Shown here: positions 48,384 through 56,711 of the stretch, one piece after another
Layout: every line of letters starts with the position of its first letter
Numbering within the stretch: position 1 is the first letter of the stretch
Source of the DNA: Methanobacteriota archaeon
GTDB lineage: Archaea > Thermoplasmatota > Poseidoniia > MGIII > CG-Epi1
Reading direction: 5' to 3'
Length of the DNA stretch: 64,000 bases
Assembly (NCBI GenBank): GCA_014240055.1
Contig: JAAZXP010000002.1
Coordinates: forward strand, 10,040-74,039
Made by a program: the position numbers and the translations under genes
The notes under the pieces: model-generated
Database searches by the model: none
What the model saw: the letters and a program-made list of their open reading frames with translations, nothing else
Told to the model about the DNA's origin: nothing

Positions 48384-48824
48384 TCATTCTGAATCATATT
48401 TATTCCTGTATATTTTTAATATTTTTGATATTATCTTACGAGAACCTGCTAAATCTTGCTCCATTTCTGGTAATCTAACTACTTTTACTTTGATACCTCG
48501 TTCTAGTAATTTTTCTTCTAATTCATGGCGCGTAAATAATCGTTGATCATAACCAAGGGCAATCACATCTGGCTTAATTTCATCCACAATTATATCCAAC
48601 ATATCTCCAGTTCGTCCAATTACAACTCCATCAACCGGTTTAATGTGAGAAACTACTTCTGCACGCATATCATCAGATAAGATAGGTTCGCCCTTCATCT
48701 TACGTACTGTATCATCATTTGCAATTATTACTACTAATTCATCCCCGTGTTCCTTAGCTGCATTCAAAAAATGAGCATGTCCGGAATGGATTATATCAAA
48801 AACACCAGTTGCTACAACTTTCAT
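48384..48824 (-). CDS. ribL: FAD synthetase, archaeal RibL-type cytidylyltransferase-fold
   Basis: GVFDIIHSGH (HxGH nucleotidyltransferase motif). 146 aa. Operon context with ribB/ribE/ribH. Glycerol-3-P cytidylyltransferase is the alternative. Confidence 0.6.
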   Translation of the reverse strand: MKVVATGVFDIIHSGHAHFLNAAKEHGDELVVIIANDDTVRKMKGEPILSDDMRAEVVSHIKPVDGVVIGRTGDMLDIIVDEIKPDVIALGYDQRLFTRHELEEKLLERGIKVKVVRLPEMEQDLAGSRKIISKILKIYRNKYDSE

Positions 48825-49516
48825 TTACACTCATCCATTATTTGTTGACCCTCTAAAAACAGATATCCCTCTTTTTGAGCCCATAATTTCGCATCACCAG
48901 GCGATAAAGATAAACCATCGTTCCCAACCATCTCACATCCTAAAGCTATCGGGTTCATTTCTATTAAGTTAAATAATGCAACGATTAATTCAGTATGCCC
49001 TCGGCGAGATTTAAGAAGATCAGAATCTGCAATACAGACTGGGACATGGCCGGGAATACGGAAATTTTGCGCAAGATGAGTTTTACCGTCTGTTATTTTA
49101 GAACTCACAGTATCTTCAAATATTTGTGCAAATACTCGTGCAGTTAGAGCTCTATCATTATCACTAATTCCTGTAAATGTGTCCTTGTGATTCAAAAAAA
49201 CTGAAAAAGATGAACGTTTATCATATGGAAGCTTATGACTAAGCATGGTTTTCAATATCTCAAATTTATTTCTATTCTTAATTGCTTCTTCATATATCTC
49301 TTCTGCAAAGGGTAATCCTAAATCACTGGAAGCTCTATTTTCAGCCGCTAAGAAAATCATACCCCCTCCGTTTTTTCTGAGGAAATTAACGCTAGACTGA
49401 GTAACATATTTAGCTGAAAAAAAGATGTCTGTTTCACCTTCTCTATTAGCTTCATCAAAAACTAAGATTGGTTCGCCTCTTCTCAAAATTTTAGTAATAT
49501 TTTTTACGTCTATCAT
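48821..49516 (-). CDS. ribB: 3,4-dihydroxy-2-butanone 4-phosphate synthase
   Basis: DEANREGETD acidic motif and RIPGHVP. 231 aa. Confidence 0.8.
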   Translation of the reverse strand: MIDVKNITKILRRGEPILVFDEANREGETDIFFSAKYVTQSSVNFLRKNGGGMIFLAAENRASSDLGLPFAEEIYEEAIKNRNKFEILKTMLSHKLPYDKRSSFSVFLNHKDTFTGISDNDRALTARVFAQIFEDTVSSKITDGKTHLAQNFRIPGHVPVCIADSDLLKSRRGHTELIVALFNLIEMNPIALGCEMVGNDGLSLSPGDAKLWAQKEGYLFLEGQQIMDECK

Positions 49517-49606
49517 TTATTGACCTTCGAATTTTAGTTCTTAATATGTTTAATTTTAACTGTGCCATTAAATAATTGCGTAGATACTCGAAAATGAGTA
49601 AGCATC

Positions 49607-50158
49607 TTATAAATCATAAGTTATACAATCTATATTTGCACTGTATTGAGCCTTCAAACTAACATACCTCGTACAAGATAAATCTCCTGAATTGAGCTTG
49701 ACAATCATGAGAGAACCAAAATCTCTATTACAAACTAAAGGATCCTTATCTGGTGAAGTATATAGATCATATCCACCCCATTCATGTTTCCATTCTTTTG
49801 TAAGATCATAGACTACTAACAATCTGTTAGTTTCAGATTCATCCATGTGCAATAATGAATAATCTCCCGGAGAATAAGATATATGATTTGATTTTCTAAA
49901 CTTTGGTTTAAGGCCTGTTGCTTTAGATAAAAAAACCCTAAAATCAGAGGATTTCCAAAAATTATCTAGTAATGCATTTCCAATTTTACGATTATAATAA
50001 CCTATCTTTTCTTCGAAATTCAATTCAGGCTCAATAATATCTGGTGATTCATTGAGGAATTTAGACAACCGAATGAAAGGAATATCTGCTGAATTAAAAA
50101 TTCGATTCAAATTAGAGATAGTTGCGTCTTCTAGATAATAAAAATTTATATCAACCAT
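49607..50158 (-). CDS. hypothetical protein, possible degenerate double-stranded beta-helix partner of the upstream 2OG oxygenase
   Basis: 183 aa. 8-nt overlap with the upstream oxygenase ORF. No metal-ligand triad is evident. Confidence 0.35.
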   Translation of the reverse strand: MVDINFYYLEDATISNLNRIFNSADIPFIRLSKFLNESPDIIEPELNFEEKIGYYNRKIGNALLDNFWKSSDFRVFLSKATGLKPKFRKSNHISYSPGDYSLLHMDESETNRLLVVYDLTKEWKHEWGGYDLYTSPDKDPLVCNRDFGSLMIVKLNSGDLSCTRYVSLKAQYSANIDCITYDL

Positions 50159-50726
50159 GGTACCACCCAGTAACTGTTAATCTCTGAATATCTTGTAGTA
50201 TTTCTCCAACCTGGTGCCATGAGTGTTTAGAAACTTCAAACATAATCAAGGAGTTATATTCTGGAATAACACTATCTACTAATTGTGAAGAATTATTTTC
50301 CTCTATATCAAAAATCTGTAAAGAGCCACCCATCTCTTCCGTTATTTCAGGGGTGAGATGAAGACTGTAAGCAATAATTCTTTCCTCAACTTGATCATCA
50401 TGAGGTAATAAAAAATCTCCCAAACCATAAACATATGCAGCCATGTCAATACTAGAAAGTGGTTTTGAACTAAAAGCTTCAGCTACCTTTTTCCGCCATA
50501 TCTCATCTCCTAAATCATCACGAAGAATATTAATCGCAGGGTGATCTATATCTGTTAATTCCACACTGGCCCAATAGCTAAATAAATCTGATTCTTTGAA
50601 GTCATATTCTAGGCCAGCGAGAGCATCAATTACGAGATCTAATGTACTTTCATCAAGAAAATCTTTTACTACTACATGAGGATATGGGAACTCTTTGACT
50701 ACCGATATTTTTTCAGCCTTTCGCAT
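50151..50726 (-). CDS. 2OG-Fe(II) oxygenase, prolyl 4-hydroxylase-like
   Basis: HxD...H triad candidates LPHDD and SWHQV, with a basic RLTV downstream. N-terminal VVKDFLDES resembles P4H-like oxygenases. Confidence 0.55.
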   Translation of the reverse strand: MRKAEKISVVKEFPYPHVVVKDFLDESTLDLVIDALAGLEYDFKESDLFSYWASVELTDIDHPAINILRDDLGDEIWRKKVAEAFSSKPLSSIDMAAYVYGLGDFLLPHDDQVEERIIAYSLHLTPEITEEMGGSLQIFDIEENNSSQLVDSVIPEYNSLIMFEVSKHSWHQVGEILQDIQRLTVTGWYHG

Positions 50727-51522
50727 ATTCTCTCCTAATCCAGTTTAACATACCTTCAACTGTGCCTAAATGAGTTTCCGTCTGATGAGGGCCATGGGAT
50801 GAATGAGTTTCTTGAAGACCTGGTCTTATTTCTAATAATTCATTTAGGATCGTCTTAGAAGATTTATCTTCACTATAACCCTGTTTAACAATTTCCATCC
50901 ATAACTCGAATTCTCTTTTAGTTTCTCTAAAAACTCCATCTGCAGGCCTCGGACCAAAATGAGTATAATGAAGATACTCTAAATTCAATTTCTCCATTTT
51001 TTCTATACTTTCTAAAGCTAAATCATGCCTATAGTATCCTGGCGTAACCGGGAAAGAACGATCAATATCTGAATACCAAAGTCCTGCTGAATCTCCGACA
51101 AAAGCTTCCATTTCATAAATCCAAGTTATATGATGAGGCGCGTGCCCAGGTGTATGAAGGGCCTTAATTTTGTGATGACCTAAGGATAATTCAAATCCAT
51201 TTTCTGCTGAAATTAATCGTTCTTTGGATATTGGCTTAGGTTTTCCATAAAGATCAGCTATACTCCCTAGAAATTCGCGACTGCCTGACCACCAAGAATC
51301 TATACTAGAAACATGCTTGTATGCATTAGGATGTACTATAGATTTAGCATTTTCACATATCTCCATTAGATGGCCCCCTCCACCAAAATGATCTAAATGT
51401 ATGTGTGTTGGAATGATATAGTCTACATCTTCTGGATTCAATCCCATTTGCTTTATCCCAGCTAAAAGATTATTGTGAGAACTGGCTGGCCCTGTTTCAA
51501 TTATTGATATCTTTTTATCCAT
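50713..51522 (-). CDS. metallo-beta-lactamase-fold hydrolase
   Basis: HIHLDHFGGGG (HxHxDH) motif. Start moved to the internal Met (MDKKISIIETG) typical of the family; the tracked ORF extends 31 codons further upstream. Confidence 0.65.
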   Translation of the reverse strand: MDKKISIIETGPASSHNNLLAGIKQMGLNPEDVDYIIPTHIHLDHFGGGGHLMEICENAKSIVHPNAYKHVSSIDSWWSGSREFLGSIADLYGKPKPISKERLISAENGFELSLGHHKIKALHTPGHAPHHITWIYEMEAFVGDSAGLWYSDIDRSFPVTPGYYRHDLALESIEKMEKLNLEYLHYTHFGPRPADGVFRETKREFELWMEIVKQGYSEDKSSKTILNELLEIRPGLQETHSSHGPHQTETHLGTVEGMLNWIRREYAKG

Positions 51523-51693
51523 AATTACATACACTGATATGAAATTTGATTCATTATTAGGACATATGTCAAACCAAAATATATTGTTGCTATGTTTGTT
51601 AATTATTGGAGCCACACAATTGCATAAGATAGGGGTTTAAGTGAACCGACGGCCTTATAGCGGGTTGTTGGCATGTATATGTCCGTTGAGTTA

Positions 51694-53292
51694 ATGAAAT
51701 ATATAATTGTAACCGGCGGTGTCCTTTCCGGATTAGGTAAAGGAATAACCTCATCTTCTGCAGGACTATTACTACAATGCGCAGGCTACAAAGTAACTGC
51801 CGTAAAAATGGATCCATATTTGAATGTTGATGCAGGCACAATGAATCCATATGAACACGGTGAAGTCTTTGTTATGAAGGATGGAGCTGAAGTTGATTTA
51901 GACCTTGGAAATTATGAACGATTTTTACACTGCAACTTAACAAGTGAACACAATATTACTACTGGAAAAGTTTACAAAAGAGTCATAGAAAAGGAGAGAC
52001 ATGGAGATTATCTCGGTCAAACAGTTCAAATAATTCCTCACGTAGTCAGAGAAATTGTTGATGGAATGAGAAAGGCTGCTGAAGATTCAAAGGCAGATGT
52101 TTGTATGGTGGAATTTGGAGGAACTGTAGGCGATATTGAATCAATGCCGTTTATGGAAGCTGGCCGTCTTTTGAGTAGGGAAGAAGGGAAAGAGAATGTA
52201 ATGTACATCCATACTACTCTTGTCCCAGTTGTAGGTTCTGTTGGAGAACAAAAGACTAAGCCAACACAACATTCAATTAAAGAATTACAAGGACTTGGAA
52301 TAAGGCCCGACATTATCGTTGGAAGAAGTAATGATATGTTAGACGAAGATATTGCTACAAAAATTGCTTTCTTCGCAGATATACCACGAGAAGCAGTTAT
52401 TTCAGCTCCAGATGCACAATCTATCTATGATGTACCTTTAATGTTCTTAGAACAGGGATTACATGAATTGATAGAAAAAAGACTTGGACTAAAGACAAAA
52501 AAACCAGATGTTACAAAGTGGAAAGATTTTGCAAAACGCGTATCTAATGGGGGAGAAGAAATCGAAATTGCTTTAATTGGAAAATATACAGCTCTAAAAG
52601 ATTCATATATCTCGCATAAAGAATCTCTTAGATATGCTGGAGCAGTTCTAGGCTGTAGAGTGAAAATTAGATGGATAGAAGCACCAGATTTAGAAGATAG
52701 TGGATCTACCAAGGACCTTGAAGGTGTAAATGGCATTCTTGTTCCCGGAGGATTTGGAAATAGAGGTGCTGAAGGTAAAATTATGAGTGCTAAATGGGCC
52801 AGGGAACAGAATATCCCATACCTTGGAGTTTGTTTTGGTTTTCAATTAGCTACAATTGAATTTGCACGTAATGTTTTAGGCCTCAAGGGTGCTAATTCTG
52901 CTGAACTCGATCCAAAAAGTCCACATCCCGTTGTCAATATACTCCCTGAACAAGAAGGTGTAGATGATATGGGGGCTACTATGAGATTAGGAGATCATGA
53001 TGTAAATCTTAGTAAAGGAAAAGCTAGGGCGCTTTATGGTAAAAATACAATCTCTGAAAGGCATAGACATCGTTATGAAATAAATCCTGAATACATCGAG
53101 CAAATTGAAGCGAAAGGGCTAAAATATACTGGAAGAGACATCAGTGGAAGAAGAATGGAAATACTAGAACTTGAAGGCCATCCCTATTTTGTAGCATCCC
53201 AATTTCATCCTGAATTCAAATCTAGACCTGATGACCCATCTCCTTTACATCTCGGTTTGGTAAAGGCTGCTCTAGCCCATAAAAAAGGATAA
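51694..53292 (+). CDS. pyrG: CTP synthase
   Basis: MKYIIVTGGVLSGLGKG N-terminus and C-terminal glutaminase domain (GVCFGFQ). The tracked start is 7 codons upstream. Confidence 0.9.
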   Translation: MKYIIVTGGVLSGLGKGITSSSAGLLLQCAGYKVTAVKMDPYLNVDAGTMNPYEHGEVFVMKDGAEVDLDLGNYERFLHCNLTSEHNITTGKVYKRVIEKERHGDYLGQTVQIIPHVVREIVDGMRKAAEDSKADVCMVEFGGTVGDIESMPFMEAGRLLSREEGKENVMYIHTTLVPVVGSVGEQKTKPTQHSIKELQGLGIRPDIIVGRSNDMLDEDIATKIAFFADIPREAVISAPDAQSIYDVPLMFLEQGLHELIEKRLGLKTKKPDVTKWKDFAKRVSNGGEEIEIALIGKYTALKDSYISHKESLRYAGAVLGCRVKIRWIEAPDLEDSGSTKDLEGVNGILVPGGFGNRGAEGKIMSAKWAREQNIPYLGVCFGFQLATIEFARNVLGLKGANSAELDPKSPHPVVNILPEQEGVDDMGATMRLGDHDVNLSKGKARALYGKNTISERHRHRYEINPEYIEQIEAKGLKYTGRDISGRRMEILELEGHPYFVASQFHPEFKSRPDDPSPLHLGLVKAALAHKKG

Positions 53293-53335
53293 AAAGCAAG
53301 GGCAAGCTTATTAAGCTGTAATTTCTGGCTATATT

Positions 53336-53650
53336 ATGTCAGACGATAATGATAATAATGATGAATTCACCGATTTCAAAGGTAGAGCCGATTCTCCTGA
53401 AGATGGTTTCACAACTTCTGAAATGATTACTGGATTCGGAATGCTCCTTATTTTTGTAGGATTCATATTTGGTTTAATCAGACTTTTAGGCCTAAAAAAC
53501 GGAGAGATTCCTGCTGATTATGACAACCACCTTGATCAATTGTACCTAAGTTATCTTATAATGTTTGTAGGAATATTGATAACCAGTCTATTAGGATTCG
53601 GTGGAATGTTCAAAAGAACTATGTCTTCTTTCCTCGGTTCTAACGATTAA
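53336..53650 (+). CDS. small 2-TM membrane protein with acidic N-terminus
   Basis: 104-aa ORF. Its 3' end converges on the pilin-like genes. Confidence 0.3.
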   Translation: MSDDNDNNDEFTDFKGRADSPEDGFTTSEMITGFGMLLIFVGFIFGLIRLLGLKNGEIPADYDNHLDQLYLSYLIMFVGILITSLLGFGGMFKRTMSSFLGSND

Positions 53651-54036
53651 AAAGTTAATAATTTATCGAAACTTACGGACATTGTATTGTCATTGAGCTC
53701 ATAAGTATAAACGAAGGTGTGAGTTCCATTGCTTTCTGTTGCTGATGTTAAAGTATAGAGTAAAGAGTATCCGCGTGAGGCAAGGATTGACTCAAATTCT
53801 TCTGTGGCAGTATCAAAAGACATGGATAATTCTACACCATCTGCAGCATTCAAAACTTCATACTCTAAGGCTAATGAAAAACTATTCTCTAATGAAGTAA
53901 TTATTGGAGTTATATCGTGTCTTTCTCCTTGATGATTACCCAAATTTACTGAATGTGTGATTGTACTAGTAACTGCAATTAGAGTAATTGACATTAAAAG
54001 TCCAGAAACTAGAAGTAATTGTGCTTGATCTCTCAT
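53647..54036 (-). CDS. pilin-like secreted protein (putative class III signal peptide)
   Basis: N-terminus MRDQA|QLLLVSGLLMSITLIAV: short charged leader, small residue, then a ~20-aa hydrophobic helix. Confidence 0.35.
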   Translation of the reverse strand: MRDQAQLLLVSGLLMSITLIAVTSTITHSVNLGNHQGERHDITPIITSLENSFSLALEYEVLNAADGVELSMSFDTATEEFESILASRGYSLLYTLTSATESNGTHTFVYTYELNDNTMSVSFDKLLTF

Positions 54037-54488
54037 TAATCCTCCCTATATCCATACCAAAGCTGCAAATTTAATTCCCAGAGTTCGTCGTCGGCCCAAA
54101 CGACTCTGAAAGTTTGAGTAACTGGTCCGGTGTGGACCGTTCTATCAACAAGAGTCTCTGTTTGACCTTCATGCGTCCCTTCCAACCTATATGACAAGGA
54201 AGAAGAAAGACCTGAATCCAAATATTGCTTTATTGCCGTATTATTGTCTGTAGCTAACCACCAGGATAGTGTAGAATTATGATGTGTTGCAGCAATCGTT
54301 GAGTCTGTTGGAACCCATTCATCTAGTATCTCCAGAATTTCTAATCCTGTAAAATAAAGATCATTTTCCTCAAAATTATTAGCATCACTTGTGGGAAGAA
54401 CACTAACTGCAACATTGATTGTGGAAGTGAATAAAGTAGCTACTAACAAAACTTCCAAAACATGCATTTGACCTTTAGTATTTTTCAT
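54036..54488 (-). CDS. pilin-like secreted protein (putative class III signal peptide)
   Basis: N-terminus MKNTKG|QMHVLEVLLVATLF: KG followed by a hydrophobic helix with Glu near +5/+6. Confidence 0.4.
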   Translation of the reverse strand: MKNTKGQMHVLEVLLVATLFTSTINVAVSVLPTSDANNFEENDLYFTGLEILEILDEWVPTDSTIAATHHNSTLSWWLATDNNTAIKQYLDSGLSSSLSYRLEGTHEGQTETLVDRTVHTGPVTQTFRVVWADDELWELNLQLWYGYRED

Positions 54489-54504
54489 AATTATTAAACT
54501 CCAA

Positions 54505-55740
54505 TTAAATCTGTGGAGTGTTTACTGAGGTTGCAATACCTATTATTTCGAAAATAAACCAACCCAAGAAGAGAAGGAAAGATGCTCGACTAAATGCAGA
54601 ATATAGCTTACCTGTAGACATGAAGCCTGCTGCAAGTCCGTTACCTATTCCTTGAACCATAAGACTGTAAAGGAACATACTTGAAATCCAAACTTCATTC
54701 ATCTCCCTAATTGTTAGATTACCTATAGACATACTACCGCCGCCTGTGGCTGCTGAAGAATCTACAATTGCAGGAATAAAAGTACTAGCAAGAACTAAAA
54801 TAATACCTAAGTAAACAAAGAAAGAAGCGTAAATAACAGTCACATAACTGCCTACTTCTTGTCTTCTTTCATTCTCTAAAGCCTTTATTTCTCTAGCATC
54901 AAAAGAGGCTGCCAAAAGAATATCCGAAATTCGACCTCCGGCCCTATTTGCTTCATCAACCATTCTTACAGCTCTTGTTACAATTGGAGAGGTTACTCTT
55001 TCAGTAAACATTTCTAAAACTTCACCGAAAGAAACTCCCCACGAAATTTGTGAAGCCATTTTGTTTACCTCATCATTAAGATTACCATATTCTCCTTTAG
55101 CTAAAGTTTGGATAGCTACAGTCATACTAAGTCCTCCTTTCCAGTATTCAGCAAGATCTCTTAAAAAATCGGGAAACTTTTCCTCAACACGTGCTCTAAT
55201 TGCATCTTGCCTTTTTCCATACCATCCATAAGGATACATCAAGGCAATTAAACCAAAAACAATGTAATCTATAGCTGAAATTTCAGGATAACTACGAAGC
55301 CATATATCTGCAGTCATCTCTTCATCAATGCCATTTACAAAAGGATCTTTATCTTTAGTTTCATTATTTGTAATTGCAAAAGGTGACCCTAAACCAGTAA
55401 TTAATTCATATCTTTCTCCATTCTGTGGTTCAGCATATGTATTTCCTAAAGTAAAAGTAAATCGACCATCATTCAAATTCCAAGGATTATCAAATTGTTT
55501 ATCATTATCTCTATCTTCCATTGGGGTGAGAGCATCAGTTCTTATGTCTTCATTGGCAATTGCAAAAAATAAGAGTGCTAATACTATTGAAAAAGCTGCA
55601 ACTAGGGCTGGGCCCCAATCTGCATCTTTATTTTTGACACTTAACCAACGATTGACTTTCCAATACTCCATCCAACGTCTTTTGACACCAGTACGGCGAT
55701 CTGCGTAGACTTTATTCTGAAGGTTCCCTTTTATTGACAT
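54505..55740 (-). CDS. T2SSF-domain membrane protein (FlaJ/TadB-like half)
   Basis: TM helices plus a cytoplasmic helical domain (WGVSFGEVLEMFTERVTSPIVTRAVRMVDEANRAGGRISDIL). Confidence 0.6.
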   Translation of the reverse strand: MSIKGNLQNKVYADRRTGVKRRWMEYWKVNRWLSVKNKDADWGPALVAAFSIVLALLFFAIANEDIRTDALTPMEDRDNDKQFDNPWNLNDGRFTFTLGNTYAEPQNGERYELITGLGSPFAITNNETKDKDPFVNGIDEEMTADIWLRSYPEISAIDYIVFGLIALMYPYGWYGKRQDAIRARVEEKFPDFLRDLAEYWKGGLSMTVAIQTLAKGEYGNLNDEVNKMASQISWGVSFGEVLEMFTERVTSPIVTRAVRMVDEANRAGGRISDILLAASFDAREIKALENERRQEVGSYVTVIYASFFVYLGIILVLASTFIPAIVDSSAATGGGSMSIGNLTIREMNEVWISSMFLYSLMVQGIGNGLAAGFMSTGKLYSAFSRASFLLFLGWFIFEIIGIATSVNTPQI

Positions 55741-56711
55741 TAGTCAGTTGAAACCTCCTGACTTAGTGAATAAAATAAACCTGAAAATACTATTTGGATA
55801 ACTGGAAATCCTCCAAAAACTAGAAGGTACATGTGTATCTGTTCAAGCTGCATTCCAGCTCCAGAAACCCAGAATGTAATAACTGCAATAATCATTGCGA
55901 AAATAGGCAGTGCGACAGCTACAACCACATAAGCTTCGGAAAATAAGGCCATTTGCTGTAAAACATCTTTAACATGGCTTCTATTTTGTTGACCATAATA
56001 TTCTGCTCTGTTTAAGAAATAAAGCTTTAGATTTCCTCCTGCTGTTACAGTCCCAATAATTCCCTGAACAAATTCAGCGAATCTTTCAGAGGGTGTTCTG
56101 TCTACAGCTTCCTTTAATGTTGTTACTAAATCCCGACCCATAAACTCCATACTATGATAGATCCAAGCCGCCTCATGCGCAATTTCCCCATATATATCTT
56201 TATTTCGAGCAAGAGATTTGAAAGTCATAGAAGGCGTCGCATTAGCTGCTGCCATTGCTGATACATAACTAGCTGCGAAAGGAATTTGTTTGTCCATATC
56301 TGAAGCTCTACTACTCTCCAACAAAGCTGGAGTTAACCACTGAACCAATGCCACTAAACCAGGTAATGCCAGCAACAATACTGCAGCTATAACTATTTCA
56401 ACAAAGAGGGAAATTGAATAAGTTGGTATTATCGTTTCTCCAGTTTGGCTATTGATAGTAGGTGCTGCATTCGGATCTTCCATAGACTCTATTTGAGGAA
56501 TTACTACGCCAAGAAGGAGCAATGTAACGCCCAGACCAACTAAAAAAGTTAAAACTACTTGCATTACTGTAGTAGCCACATAATCTTCTGCTAAAAGTGG
56601 AATACGGGCTTTAACTAATTGATTTTTGAAAGATAATGAATCTTTTGTTAGCATGCGGCCTAACCAACCGAATAAAACTCTGCTGAATGTTTCAAAACCC
56701 GTCAGAGCCAT
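55740..56711 (-). CDS. T2SSF-domain membrane protein (FlaJ/TadC-like half)
   Basis: TM helices plus cytoplasmic FKSLARNKDIYGEIAHEAAWIYHSMEFMGRDLVTTLKEAV. Confidence 0.55.
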   Translation of the reverse strand: MALTGFETFSRVLFGWLGRMLTKDSLSFKNQLVKARIPLLAEDYVATTVMQVVLTFLVGLGVTLLLLGVVIPQIESMEDPNAAPTINSQTGETIIPTYSISLFVEIVIAAVLLLALPGLVALVQWLTPALLESSRASDMDKQIPFAASYVSAMAAANATPSMTFKSLARNKDIYGEIAHEAAWIYHSMEFMGRDLVTTLKEAVDRTPSERFAEFVQGIIGTVTAGGNLKLYFLNRAEYYGQQNRSHVKDVLQQMALFSEAYVVVAVALPIFAMIIAVITFWVSGAGMQLEQIHMYLLVFGGFPVIQIVFSGLFYSLSQEVSTD

